This document shows positions 1 through 13,500 of a stretch of DNA of 64,000 bases, in pieces; the first letter of the stretch is position 1; every line of letters starts with the position of its first letter. The notes beneath the pieces are model-generated. The model had not been told where the DNA came from. It saw only the letters and a list, made by a program, of their open reading frames with translations, and did no database searches. Made by a program: the position numbers and the translations under genes. Source of the DNA: Macrostomum lignano (Eukaryota); contig NIVC01003393.1 of the NCBI GenBank assembly GCA_002269645.1, positions 35,997 through 99,996 on the forward strand. The letters are read 5' to 3'.

Positions 1-2669
1 AGCTTCCAATTCGCTGACTGCTGAAGGCCACCAGGTAGGCTTGTCGATTTTGCTGTACTTTTAAATCTAATTATTCTATTATTAGTTTTTACTTTGGTTT
101 TTAATTTTAGGTTTACAAGTTTAGTCTATTCTGACGCAATGCAATTTTTATAGTGCTTCAGTTTACTCGTCTTTCTTGTGACTGCCGCTGTCCCTTAATC
201 TCTATGTCTATGCAACTGGGGGTCTTTGTGAAACTGCGATCGGGGTCTTTGTGAAACTGCAATCGGGGTCTTTGTGAAACTGCGATCGGGGTCTTTGTGA
301 AACTGCGATCGGGGTCTTTGTGAAACTGCGATCGGGGTCTTTGTGAAACTGCAATCGGGGTCGTTGTGAAACTGCAATCGGGGTCTTTGTGAAACTGCAA
401 TCGGGGTCTTTGTGAAACTGCAATCGGGGTCTTTGTGAAACTGCAATCGGGGTCTTTGTGAAACTCTAATCGGGGTCTTTGTGAAACTGCGATCGGGGTC
501 GTTGTGAAACTGCAATCGGGTCTTTGTTCAATAAATCTTTGCATAGAGGTAGTATACAGTTCTCAAAAAATTTCAGTCAATGCCTTATTCAGTTTTTACT
601 GTTTCTATTATTACATACTCGATTTTTCGCGCAGTCATTCTGGTCAGCAAGGTGAGACAGCTGTGTCTTGGACAGTAACTGCTTAATCAGTACCAGAGAG
701 CCCGGACTGCCGTAGCTTTCCAAGAATCGTCAGGGTAGCTTTCGAATTCCCGCGCTTTGTTGAAAATTGCATGTGTTTGTTTTTCTAAACATGCTACTCA
801 TAGCTCGTATGAGTAGGATGTTTTGTAAAATTGAGCGAAATTGTTCCCCCGCTTTTTCTGCTTTTTATTAGAAAGTTCAGCTCAATAGTGCAGCATACAT
901 AAATCTCGCATTGATGATTGCTGTGAAGATACTTTATAGATAGAAACCTGAGCTACTACTAGTAGTATGCGTGTGCAATACGCTCCAACTAATCGGTGAT
1001 CTGCTTAGACTGCTGAGGAAAATTGGCATGACGAATGTTGCTTATGAGTTTCAATTGCTATAGGAGAATGCAACCGTGTTGTAAAATGACAATTATGATT
1101 TTTTGATAATTTTTCATAACAAATTAATTCAGAGAGAGCCGTCGCCACGTCGTCAGCTGGTGCAGCATCCGTCATCTGCAACGCAGCTTTTGCGTCAGTC
1201 GATGCCAGACAATGCTTTTACTGGCAAGGACCCGCTTAAGGTTTGCTTGCCGCAATTTTTTCTCATCGTCCTACTTAACTAGTAGTATAATTAGAGCAAA
1301 TTTAATTCTTTTTTTGTTTTCTTCTCAGAATCTAACAAACGGCGACGGCTCGTCGCAGCAGAAGCAGAGTCTGCAGCAATCGCCGCAGAAATTGCTGCAG
1401 AATCAAACAATAATGGAACAGCATCAGGATCAGAGATTGTCACGATTGGCGTGAGTGAATGATTGTCAAACTTTATTGATTTTAAGGTGTTCTTTTAAAG
1501 TCGGGGCCGCTGTACATCCTGTGTGAGCGTGTGCATGAGTGCGGGCCTGCGTACAGCATTGGCGCGCTTGCATGTGCTTAGGAGTCAGCGGAATGGGCAG
1601 AATGGCCTCAGCGCCAGTTGTGTGGGTTATGATGTCGCCGTTTTCTACTCAATAATAATAATAATAATAATTGATTACACCTGCCCTAATGGGCCAGATG
1701 TGCAACCGACAGCTCAGCCGCAGCTATTGCGCAGTCGTGATTCCGACGCTCTGACCACTAGGCTACAATCCCCTACTCAACTTCTGCTCAAATTCCTCCA
1801 ACAGACGCCGAGGCGAGCAGCTGAAGCACCGAAGTCAGTCAAGCGACAGCGGCCGACTCAGCCGTCAGGAGCCAGGAGATGATGAAGCTCCGTCAGCTGT
1901 TGTTGCTGACCAGCGAGATTTCGACACCGAGTCACCGATCTCACCTCCGCAGCAACAGCCGCCGCCGCCGCCGCTGCCGCCCAGAATTAGCAGTGGCAGC
2001 ATTGGCAATCTTCTACTACAGTCAGCGGCGCCAGCGCCCGCGCTAGTGGCGCCTCGGTCAACAGGCGCCAAGCAGCAGCGGGAGCGCCCGCTGTCAGTTA
2101 GCGGCAAGAAGCGCTGCTCGCATTGCTTCACGGAGCTGGGTAGGAGCCACTGTGTTATGTTCTTTGAACTGCTGGGTTCAGCCTTGTAAAGACTGGGTTC
2201 GGTCTTGTAATGAATGGATTAGATATTGTAATGAATGGATTAGATATTGTAATGAATGGATTAGATATTGTAATGAATTGAATTCAGTCTTGTAATGAAT
2301 GCATTCGATATTGCAGTAAACTTAAAATTAATAAGATTCAGTCAATATAATACTGTAATAAACCGGTAAGAATGGGTATCCTATTTATATAAGTATAAGC
2401 CTAAAATCGCTATATTTAGAAGGCTGCTTAGTTATCCATCACCTCCATCCCGCTGGCTGTCAATCACCGCAGGCTCTGGCGGCGCCATGGCCATTGAGTC
2501 GCTTGGCCTGTACTATCACATCAAATGCTTCAAGTGTTGCGTGTGCAGCCTCCCGCTTGGCAACGGCACCACCGGAGCTGATGTCCGAGTTAGACGGGAC
2601 CGACTGCACTGTCCGGCCTGTTTCAGCTCGGACGAAGGTATAATGAGCTCCGTGCTAGGCGTTGTTTAA
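1..2669 (+). CDS. 3' part of LMO7/LIMCH1 (smallish-like) C-terminal LIM-domain protein; 5' end lies outside the window
   Basis: Exons <1-34, 1133-1240, 1329-1450, 1805-2139 and 2473-2669 have AG/GT boundaries and compatible phases. They give ...RERPLSVSGKKRCSHCFTELG|SGGAMAIESLGLYYHIKCFKCCVCSLPLGNGTTGADVRVRRDRLHCPACFSSDEG, the LIM domain typical of the LMO7 family. The true end is uncertain: a possible donor lies at 2638, otherwise read-through reaches the stop at 2669. Confidence 0.8.
218..526. repeat. 23-nt minisatellite (CGGGGTCTTTGTGAAACTGCAAT), ~13 copies, intronic
   Basis: Direct tandem repeat; it explains the 23-aa periodic ORFs at 158-544. Confidence 0.95.
2208..2296. repeat. 21-nt tandem repeat (GTAATGAATGGATTAGATATT), ~4 copies, intronic
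   Basis: Visible direct repeats. Confidence 0.85.
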
Positions 2670-2817
2670 TAATGCGGTGACTTTTGTGGCCTTTCTTTGT
2701 GTGCTTTTCTGCATGCTTTCTTCTTTAGCAATTTCCTCTTGATTGGTGGTGTAAAAATAGTCCAGTGCCTGCGTTTTTTAGTTTGCTAATTATTATCTAT
2801 TCAAATTTGAGACGCTT

Positions 2818-3327
2818 TGAGAGGGTTGTTACATGCTTAATGAGAGGCCTGTTATATGCTTAGTGAGAGGGTTGTTATGTGCTTAGTGAGTGGGTTGTTA
2901 TGTGCTTAGTGAGTGGGTTGTTATGTGCTTAGTGAGTGGGTTGTTATGTGCTTAGTGAGTGGGTTGTTATGTGCTTAGTGAGTGGGTTGTTATGTGCTTA
3001 GTGAGTGGGTTGTTATGTGCTTAGTGAGTGGGTTGTTATGTGCTTAGTGAGTGGGTTGTTATGTGCTTAGTGAGTGGGTTGTTATGTGCTTAGTGAGTGG
3101 GTTGTTATGTGCTTAGTGAGTGGGTTGTTATGTGCTTAGTGAGTGGGTTGTTATGTGCTTAGTGAGTGGGTTGTTATGTGCTTAGTGAGTGGGTTGTTAT
3201 GTGCTTAGTGAGTGGGTTGCTATGTGCTTAGTGAGAGGGTTGCTATGTGCTTAGTGAGTGGGTTGTTATGTGCTTAGTGAGAGGGTTGCTATGTGCTTAG
3301 TGAGTGGGTTGTTATGTGCTTAGTGAG
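2818..3327. repeat. 23-nt minisatellite (GTGAGTGGGTTGTTATGTGCTTA), ~22 copies
   Basis: Near-perfect tandem array. Confidence 0.95.
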
Positions 3328-4365
3328 GTGGTGGTTTGGTGATAAAGGTCATTCAGACCCCACCTTTGCAGCCTCATATACCATCAAGCTTGGTGTTTGT
3401 TTCGCTTTTTATACCTTTAACTGAACCTGCAGCTTTCTAACCGCTATTTTTTTACTCTGGCCTTTTATAACCGCTTGCTCGCTTCCTGCCTACCTTTGCT
3501 GCATAGATACTACTGCTATCCCACTGAAACTTCCGTTTGTATTTTGGTGTTTTCATTGTTGTTCATAAACCAAAAAGCATTAATACCTATAATTATTAAG
3601 TTTTCAGAACACCTGAAAAAACACCTGGGATTATTAATAGACGGTTTGCATGACGCTTGCGTTCTACTTTGAATTGTTGTTAATTGCACTTTTAGTTTAC
3701 ATTCTTACTAATAACAGTAGTGCCGCAATAAAATTTAGCACTTTTTGTACCCCACGTAAGCCTGATACTGCGCCCCACACGATGCATCTGTTTTAGCGGG
3801 CCCGTGATTGGCCCAGCCGAGTCTGTCTGTTCATCAGCTGGTCCGGTTCTGATTGGCTGCGGCTTCGCCACCAACCTAGCCTTGCCTCGCACAGCTGTAA
3901 CGGCTTGGATTTTTGTCCTGCCCAATTGCATGCCCGCACGCCTTGCGTGACCGCAGCTTTGTACTTTTAGGGAGCGTTTTCGATGGACTTTTTACCTATT
4001 TGTTTACCTTGGTTACTGGGCGCGAGTCCCACCGTTTGCATCTAATGCGTTAAGTCTATTTTTAACTAATTACTTTTTTCCAACTTTTGTCTTTTTTGCA
4101 CCGATTTTACTCGTATATGTCAAAGAGTTCCGGGCGAAACGATGTTTTAGTCTGAATAATTTTATTTGCGAATGCACAAGCAGGTTGAATTCGTATTAGT
4201 TTATTAACTTGTTATCTTCACCTCTCATTGCGTTAATTATTTCATTCACTACATATTTGGTCACAGGGTTTAAGGAATAATTGTTCCTTTGGTGAAAGAA
4301 GATTCCTGACAACATCTTTCTTCGAACTCCGACGATAAATCTATCCGAATCTATCGACGATAGAT

Positions 4366-4722
4366 CATTCAGCTGGAGCAGCCACCCTCCCAGATCCTTC
4401 AGCTGGATCAGCCGCCCTCCCAGATCCTTCAGCTGGACCAGCCGCCCTCCCAGATCCTTCAGCTGGATCAGCCGCCCTCCCAGATCCTTCAGCTGGATCA
4501 GCCGCCCTCCCAGATCCTTCAGCTGGACCAGCCGCCCTCCCAGATCCTTCAGCTGGATCAGCCGCCCTCCCAGATCCTTCAGCTGGATCAGCCGCCCTCC
4601 CAGATCCTTCAGCTGGATCAGCCGCCCTCCCAGATCCTTCAGCTGCATCAGCCGCCCTCCCAGATCCTTCAGCTGGATCAGCCGCCCTCCCAGAAACTTC
4701 AACTGGATCAGCCGTCCTCCTA
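4366..4722. repeat. 30-nt minisatellite (CAGCTGGATCAGCCGCCCTCCCAGATCCTT), ~12 copies
   Basis: Tandem array; it explains the 10-aa periodic ORFs at 4196-4739. Confidence 0.95.
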
Positions 4723-5649
4723 GATCGTTTCAATAGCAAAATGAAAGCGTGTTTAGTTTTTCAAGGATGTTTGTATATATTCTCAGTTATTAAAGCTTCT
4801 TCAAGAATGTGATACCTAGCTGTACCAATTAATTTTTTTTGAAATTTTACCTAGATACGGGATCTCCATAAATCTTATCTACATATAAATAAATGTGTAT
4901 GCTATTATTGTCTCTGCACCTGCATGCGATGTAGCTAATTCCGTTATTAATTTGGCAGAGGTCGTACCTGCTTTTTAATTGCACAATGCTAGTCTGAATT
5001 TTATTATTGTTATTGTTGCATCCGCAGTGAAATATGATACATTGCCAGTAGCCAGTCAAAACCAGATTACTTGTCAGCTTGGCCTGTGCTATAACTTATA
5101 TAATATTAGCCGTGCTACTGTATGGAGAAAACGTTGTCCACTATGTTAGCCATCAACTGTGATTGTGTCATAACTGGCTAAACCATTATGCACGCTTGCA
5201 GAATTGTTTGCTACTAATTAATATTAGCCTTCTGTCATGTGTTTGGCCATTGTTAATATATATATAAATAGTGTTACAAATATACAGCTCGTAGCGCACA
5301 CAGGCTTGTGGCTTTAAATATAGCGCAAAAAATCTATTCGGTAGCCTGCGTTTTACTTATTTGATTTGATTTTGAGCTGGGTTTTTTAGCTAGGCTACAG
5401 ATTTCAGTTTATCGTTTAAATTGATAAACAGCATTCAGAATAGCGGGCGCGGGCCCGCTTTGCCTTTATGTCGAATGGGCCACACCCTTTGGCTCTCCTC
5501 GCCATGGCCTCATTGATCTGTATCTGGTTGTTTCCTATGCTTGCTTGCTCTTATCATCATCTTCGCTTTGCCGCTCCTTGGTCTGAGTCGTCTCGATCGA
5601 CTGGAAAATAAGGATCAGTCCATTAGCGACAACGGCGCTTTCGGGCCAG

Positions 5650-5656
5650 TATAAAA
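5650..5656 (+). promoter_or_regulatory. TATA box of the neuropeptide gene
   Basis: TATAAAA starting 49 nt upstream of the ATG at 5699. Confidence 0.55.
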
Positions 5657-5698
5657 CTGGCTAAATGGTGAAGCTTCAAGAGTCTGCCTTTTTTCAAA

Positions 5699-6427
5699 AT
5701 GTCTGTCTGCAAGATTTTGTTGGCTTTATCGCTAGTCGCTACTGCAGGCTTCGGCTTGTGCGCGAGCGGCCACTTTGTTTCAACCGACTGCGGAATCGAG
5801 ATCTTGCCGTCTGAGGATTGTCAGCTATCGAAGGTTGCTAATGGCCCGATATCGAATGACGGTGATAACTTAGACAGAACTGACGACGGATGGACTGATG
5901 CATTCGCTAAAAGGCAGATGTTCCGGTACGGCAAGAGACAGATGTTCCGGTACGGCAAGAGACAGATGTTCCGGTACGGCAAGAGACAGATGTTCCGGTA
6001 CGGCAAGAGACAGATGTTCCGGTACGGCAAGAGACAGATGTTCCGGTACGGCAAGAGACACATGTTCCGGTACGGCAAGAGGCAGATGTTCCGGTACGAC
6101 AAGAGGCAGATGTTCCGGTACGGCAAGAGACACATGTTCCGGTACGGCAAGAGGCAGATGTTCCGGTACGGCAAGAGGCAGATGTTCCGGTACGGCAAGA
6201 GACACATGTTCCGGTACGGCAAGAGGCAGATGTTCCGGTACGGCAAGAGGCAGATGTTCCGGTACGGCAAGAGACACATGTTCCGGTACGGCAAGAGACA
6301 CATGTTCCGGTACGGCAAGAGGCAGATGTTCCGGTACGGCAAGAGGCAGATGTTCCGGTACGGCAAGAGACACATATTCCGGTATGGCAAGAGGCACATG
6401 TTCCGGTACGGATTGGAAAAAAAGTAG
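5699..6427 (+). CDS. Neuropeptide precursor (QMFRYamide/HMFRYamide prepropeptide), single exon, 242 aa
   Basis: N-terminal signal peptide MSVCKILLALSLVATAGFGLCAS, then an acidic spacer. From 5915 there are 21 peptide units flanked by KR dibasic sites, 19 of them ending in the Gly amide donor directly before KR. A TATA box lies upstream and AATAAA downstream. Confidence 0.95.
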   Translation: MSVCKILLALSLVATAGFGLCASGHFVSTDCGIEILPSEDCQLSKVANGPISNDGDNLDRTDDGWTDAFAKRQMFRYGKRQMFRYGKRQMFRYGKRQMFRYGKRQMFRYGKRQMFRYGKRHMFRYGKRQMFRYDKRQMFRYGKRHMFRYGKRQMFRYGKRQMFRYGKRHMFRYGKRQMFRYGKRQMFRYGKRHMFRYGKRHMFRYGKRQMFRYGKRQMFRYGKRHIFRYGKRHMFRYGLEKK

Positions 6428-6503
6428 TAGCTACATTATCTTGTATAACTTGTTGTGGAAAGAACTTCTGGCTATCCTAAAGTCGTCTACGTGTCGTAGC
6501 TAA

Positions 6504-6509
6504 AATAAA
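6504..6509 (+). terminator. Polyadenylation signal of the neuropeptide gene
   Basis: AATAAA about 77 nt after the stop codon. Confidence 0.55.
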
Positions 6510-8637
6510 CATTTACTTCGCTATAACATGTACATGCAGATGCATTGCAACGTAATGGTTAATCTTTTTGAGCGAAATACATCGGCAATAGTACGGCAGT
6601 TTATCGCCGATTGTGTTGGCCGTGTACGGGCCCTGTCGCGACACGCCACGTTCCGTCTGCCGATTGTTAGTTGTAAATTCAGTTCAAAAATTGCGTATCC
6701 TACTTAAAGTAGCGACACGTACAAGCTAGCATGGTTTGTCACTTTTCAAACGTTTGGTTGCGATAAATGGTCCATGAATTTTTCGTGCACGCACAAATGT
6801 ACTATATAATTCCTTGCCCCTTAATTTCCATGGCTTATCATAAGAACCAACCAGATTATGACTAACTGCAGTGGAAGCTTTGTCAATCTTTGGATGTACT
6901 TTTACTACAGCTAGGCAAGATATTCGAGCTAGGTTCTGGGCTAGTCTGCCGGGGAAAAGGTAGAATCAGAGGCAGCTGAAGAGCAGGAACAGCCACGCAC
7001 AAGAGAAAAATTGAACCAATTTTGTATCTAGTGCCGGCAGCACACTACGGATGAGGAAAGCTGCACAAACTGCCACAACCACAAATATCAAATAGGACGG
7101 GTACCGGACACTAAAAAGTGCAAATAGATATTATGAAGTTTTGGAAAAACAATTATAGACGAGAATTTGAACGATTCGTAACAGTGAGAGGGAATGATTA
7201 CAGTTTAACGTAGGGGTCTATGAGGATTTCTCGCAGAGGTTTGCCCGCGCGAGGTTTTCCCGCAGGGATACAAAATGGTCAATTTGATGTTTCAATAGGG
7301 AAAGGAAAGGATTATAAAAAATTAAACTCTCATTTTCAGCCATCATCCACCTGTAACAAAGAGCGGTGCAGTAATTAGCACAACTAATAATAAAATGAAG
7401 GAAAACAGCAAGAAACGCAAACTCCTTTACCAAAGGTTTGTGACAGGAAAGCTGAATACCAACAACATTTTAATAATATAATTACCAGCAGCGTTATGTC
7501 ATAATCTGTGGCGAAACACAATTTTAATAATCAGTGGGTCACAGTCTGTCACGAACAAGTACTTTAATAAAGTAAGTGAAAAATAGAAACGTTATTCATC
7601 AAAAGAAAACAAACGGCAAGGCGAGCGGACAAAGTGAAAACTGTTAAACTTTAAATCCGCAGCAGCGCTCGAACGAAAAAAATATTTTTTGCAATCGTTC
7701 GGTTAGACCGACTAAAGAGGCTTATTAGCCTGAGCTGCACCATTTACCCCTTAAACTGGCCCTCTAGGCCATGCGAACTCGAAATAATCCGAAGAGCACC
7801 TCTAATTAAAAAGAGGCAATTCAAGCAAGAATTGCTGAAGTTCGCACCGAAATACGAATGTTTATTAACTACAGCGAAAGGAATCGGACAGGCAGCATAG
7901 GCGCAAACACATGGTCGGGCGAAAATTATTGTCGGTACAATAACTAACCTGCTTATTATAGCACAAAATACTACTTATTGAATCATGAAGCAATGGGTTT
8001 TGGGGCAAGATTTAAGAAAAAATATGCTAAACATAATAAACAAATTCTGACTGAAGGCCAGACAATGCTAGTACACAGTTTAGTAGAAAAATTTATTCCT
8101 GGGTGCATGCAGTGCGATAAATGGTTTATATTCCCCATTTATACCAGTGTGTAGGGCAAATAAAGCATTTTTGCCCTAGACACTTGGTATTAACGGGGAA
8201 TATGTGATGTATCCACCACTTAAGGTAGAAGCAGCGTAACAGGGAAAGCGTTAAGAACATTAAGACAATTTTAAAAAAATGATTTGATGTCTATGGTCTA
8301 TAGCAGAATTTCTATACCATATTCTGCAGATTCAGACATGCGGTGAATGTTTCAGACAATTCTCTCTATGTAGCCAAGTGAGCAGTTAGAAACAGCGTTT
8401 TAATATTGTCTTTGGGCGAGTGAAATAAACCGTTTATTTGCACCGATGCAAATAAATGAAATTTACACTGAGACCATAGACGTTCGCCCGGGGCAAGTGG
8501 GGGATAAATAGCTTTATAAACGCACATACAACATCAAGACTCAAGTTCATTGCTATATTTTATAACTTCAAAGATACAACAAACTCTAAACACAAAATGC
8601 ACCCAGACATATCGGTTATACACTGCACACAAGGATC

Positions 8638-10072
8638 CTACAGCAGCATGCCATTAGAACGGAAGAAATGCAGTACACCCTCATAGGTGGTTAGCACTAT
8701 ACAGGTGTTAGGAATCTGGCGAACAAAATGAGTCAGCAGGCCTTTGTACATGGCGCGGAAGCCTTCCTCTTTGACAACGAGGCGCACAGTCTGGACAAGG
8801 CCGGTGTACTTTGAGCCCTCCTGGCGTAGGCGGGTTCGCAGAACTTCTGCAATTTGTATTTTTTAATATAATCACTCTATTAACTGAGGCTCAAATGGCA
8901 AATGACAAACCTTGACCTGATATGAAGGTCGGATAGGAAGGCTTTGCGGGCCGCTTGTTAAACTAAAAAACTATATAGACCAACTGATAGATGATTGACT
9001 TCAATTTTCATACTTGCTTTGTAATCAGACGAACTTATGTCTGTCAGAGGATTAGTGTTATAATTATACTTTCGTATGATGGTCAAACAACGTTGTCCAT
9101 CCCACTTTCATGGTTATTGCCAGGATTTTTCTATTGTATGAAGATCCGCCTCCGTTATTTTCCCAAATTTACATGATTTCCTCAGCAGGTAATCAAATAA
9201 GCTAACTTGAGCAAAATATACAAACACGCCAACTAGCCAGTTAACCGAGATTCAACACTATCTTATTGCATTGGCCATGCTGTGCTGGGCCGCACCGCGC
9301 GCGCACGCATTCGGCAAGCGAGTGCGCGTGACGCCCCACCTCCCGCTGTGCTGCACTATTTTACAACTGGCCCAGCCTGGAAAGCCTAAGCTTGGAAAGA
9401 ACGGGGAGCTTTCCGCTTTGGTGTAGAGAGTAGAAATGGAGGTGGAGGGTTGTACGAATGAGAGAACAACTCAGACGCTAGAGCTTGCCAGTGGGAGGGC
9501 AGAGGCGCAAAAGTGCAAACAAAAAAAACAAACTATGAATGCTTTATTTAGTCCAAATGAATCAGAAATGATAATGATAAGTTTAGAAGAATTTGACTGG
9601 ACTGAACAGGCAGGCCTCACCGTGCGGATAGCAGGCCACGGTCACGGTTGACTTGGACAGCATGCTGGCAATTGTGCAGAACACCATCTCGTCAGCCCTG
9701 CTGACTCCGCCGTGATCCGGCAATTCCATACCGTCAGCCGCGGCGCCTTGGCGAGACCATTCGATTAGCCTGCGCTTCAGGTGCTCGTACATCACAAAGT
9801 GTAGCGAAGTCTCCGCTATGCCCAGATAGGACGCCTGGATGCCCCTGTAGAATCCTAATAGCCCGCTCGTAGACCACACTTCGCGGGCGCAGCGCCACAC
9901 GGACAGCGGGTTGGCGGACGGCCTGGCGCGGGTTTTGAGAATAAATGAATAGTATAGAGCTTGTCTGCCTGCCTATCCGTCATAGCTATTTATCTCTCTC
10001 TTTATCTATCTATCTGTCTGTCTATCTATCTATCTATATCTCTCTCTATCTATCTATCTGTCTATCTATCTG

Positions 10073-10119
<47 letters not shown>

Positions 10120-10120
10120 G

Positions 10121-10155
<35 letters not shown>

Positions 10156-10206
10156 GTCTGTCTATCTGTCTATCTATCTATCTATCTATCTCTCTCTCTC
10201 TATCTG

Positions 10207-10249
<43 letters not shown>

Positions 10250-10250
10250 G

Positions 10251-10289
<39 letters not shown>

Positions 10290-10366
10290 CTCTATCTGTC
10301 TATCTATCTATCTATCTATCTGTCTATCTGTCTATCTGTCTATCTATCTATCTCTCTCTCTATCTG

Positions 10367-10457
<91 letters not shown>

Positions 10458-10492
10458 GTCTATCTATCTATCTATCTATCTCTCTCTATCTG

Positions 10493-10576
<84 letters not shown>

Positions 10577-13500
10577 CGAGTAATTTCCAGCCCCATAAAG
10601 ACAAACTTATAACAATGAGTTCGTACACTTGAGTGCAATTTAGCTTAGTAAATAATTATCTAATACCAGTTAGCTTGCCTATTAGCTTCAAATAGAGCCG
10701 ACAACAACATCTAAGACAGAGAGAAACTTTTTTTAGAACTTTTCAATCTAGCTAATGAAAGATAATAGACTAAAAGCTCTGAAGCAAGCACACTAAATGC
10801 ACTTGATAGCTAAACTGCGGCGCGTGACCTCAGCTCAACTGTGCTCAACTGAGAGCCGAGCTTAAAATATGCACTCCCAACTGGCAAGCAACTTAACAGT
10901 TTACTACCTGAGTTACGAACGGATGAGTACAATAAATAAGTCCGCTAAGCCTTTAATTATTTATTAAACATTCAATCCAGATTCTGGCTTAGTAAAGAAG
11001 TTCTTATGGCAAGAAATTTTGATTTGGTCACCGAAAACTAAAAGTTAGTTTTGTAACTATCTAGTCGCGATCGAGAATGTCGCTAGCCATCATTATAGCT
11101 GAAAGTTAAGCAGAGCCGGCAGCGGTTAGTACGCAACTGAATAGGCTGCTTCCTCAAGGAAGCCGCAGTGAGCATTAGAGTTTTTTGACGATATGAATAT
11201 GAAGTTTCGAGATTGCAAAAAACTTTAGACTAATTAGATATTAACTAATTAGAGATAAACTTTAGGGAAATAGTTATATGGATCGGGGTCCCACCCCAGC
11301 TCTAGGGCTAAATAAAATTTCGAGAACCCACGATTGGTCCAGCTGCAATCTTGTCTTCACAAACCAAATCGGATTGGTGACAGTCGAGGATACAAAGCTG
11401 GAGAATGCGGCCGCTAAGACAATATTGCTGTGCGAGCCTTTGGAGAAAAATTGCGAGAACATCTCCTGGCCGTTAAAATAGGCGCTAAAGTAGATCGCTC
11501 TGGATGGCAGCACGCCCAGTACCGTCATGCTGAGCCCTTTAAATAAGGCTCGGAATCCTTCGGTGTGTTGAATATAACGCAGGCACTGATAGATTGACAT
11601 GCTCTGCTGGGTAGCAACTACCGGCTGCGGCTTGCTAATCTGCACATGATGATGATGGTGCTGGTGAGAGCCCACAACAGTGGAGGCTGCGCCAGTCCTG
11701 AATAGCTTCATCAAAGCTGGCGTTGCGCCGCCGAAACGAGCTGGCGATTGGGACAAGATTCTGTTGTCATGCCACGAGTTAACTGAGCCTTGCAGGCGAG
11801 TCTTCACTACTTCAAGCGGCGAGGTGACGATGGCACCGACTGTCCCAGCGAATCTAAAATTGACCATATTGTTGGAGTAAATAAATTAAAACATAATGGA
11901 AATTCTACCAAAATTTATAAGACATAACTAACACAAGCTGGAAAGCAATTGCCCTGCCCTAACACTTTGTATTGGTACCAAATAAGCTAAAAACACTGTG
12001 TTTGTGTATGAGATTTTACTTCAACTCCTATTGCTAAAACTTATTGTTTATTCACTAGCTTTTTCTAATTCTTTGCTATCTACGAGCTATATATATAGAA
12101 TACATATATTAACAATATAATATTGATATTACATGTAGAATAAAGACATCTATAGAATAATTGATATAATACATTCAATTAATAAAACAAAATCATCTTG
12201 TTTATTAAATATTTTATGATTTTATACCAAAGTAGGATTATGATTCCAATGTTTGCTAGGATCTTGGGATTTTAAGATCATGGGATAAGATAGGAAGAAC
12301 CAAATAAGATCAATTTAATAAGATACTAAATTTTAAAATTTTAATTAAATAGCTACAGTTTTATAGTTATTAGGATTGGGATCTATAGGATTATATGACT
12401 TTTCAGTTGTCAAATTTGAGTGTTATACTTTATATATTGATAATAGGCCTTAACTATTTTACAACATATATAAGCTAGAGGCTTAGAGTTTTAAAGGTAG
12501 GATAAAAATATTCATTTACATTTTATTTTGAACTTTTGGACCAATGTTAATTGAGATCCTGAGTATCCATTAGGCATCATAAATTTAGAGCTAATGTGCC
12601 AAATGACATTATAATTCTGATGCTTAAAAACCTGGGTGAATACTCAATGATAATGTTTTATTTAACTTTTAATTCTAATGGCATTTTGATAAAAACATAA
12701 TTGATAAGCTATTTATATAATTTTATCTTCATGCATATGAGTACCAACAAATTTGTTAATATCTTACATCTAGTTTGTCAACTCTATTAACAAATTTGGT
12801 TATTTGACTATTTGTTATTGATTATTACTATATATTAAAATTAAAAAGAAAGCCTATTATTTATATAGAGTTAATATAATGAAAGCTAATCATTTATATT
12901 TGGTATGTATTTTTTAAAAGCTGTTGAAACTTAAGGATTTTAAACCTGCTAAATTATAATCCTAGAATTATTTTTGTATATATTTTGAAATCTAAATGCT
13001 TCCAATGGTGCTCTGCGTGTACAACGTGCTTAAGCAGCTGATCTCTGCCATCATGGCAATGTACCGTGATACGACAGCTGCTGTGACAACACCAGATGGA
13101 CTCCTTTGAGACATCCTCCGGAGTACTGCAGGGAGATACGCTGGCGCCATTCCTGTTCATCCTGGTGCTTGACTGGGTGCTGCGGACTGCTCTTCCAATG
13201 ATACTGACGAGGACAGTTTTCTGCTGCGGCGATGCGTGGGTCAACGTCAACCAGGGAAGTGGCTCAGCATGCTTGGCTATGCCAACGACCTCGCCCTGCT
13301 GTCCTTGACTGTTGAGGGCGCCCAACAGCAGCTGGACAGGCTAGTTGCCATTGCAGCGAGTGTTGGCCTGGTGGTCAACACACAGAAGACCATTGTGTTG
13401 CGTGCTGGACGACATCAGCGCTGATGGGCAGGCAACCGAACTCCCGCGATGTCAGCAGTTTGTCTACCTTGGCAGTCTGGTTCCAGATGCTTGCGAGGAC

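Noticed and set aside
158-544. Periodic ORFs (FHKDPDCSFTKTP...) and similar ORFs at 4196-4739, 9945-10632, 19884-20375, 25853-26937, 28267-28791 and 41066-41964
   Set aside because: These are by-products of tandem repeats: several frames are open, and there is no signal peptide, processing site or splice support. The 5699-6427 repeat differs by having a signal peptide, KR/G processing sites, TATA and poly(A).
635-651. Candidate 17-nt microexon (CGCAG|TCATTCTGGTCAGCAAG|GTGAGA) in the LIM gene
   Set aside because: The splice signals look good, but inclusion between the phase-0 flanking exons shifts frame and reaches a stop in the 1329 exon. It cannot be supported without RNA data.
5821-6503. 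Alternative-frame ORFs over the neuropeptide array (CLLPYRN, PLAVPEH, CSGTARD)
   Set aside because: These are shadow frames of the 24-nt coding repeat.
9254-9423. Short ORF containing AFGKR in the last SLC25 intron, as a possible nested neuropeptide
   Set aside because: There is a single motif occurrence and no signal peptide, so chance is the likely explanation.
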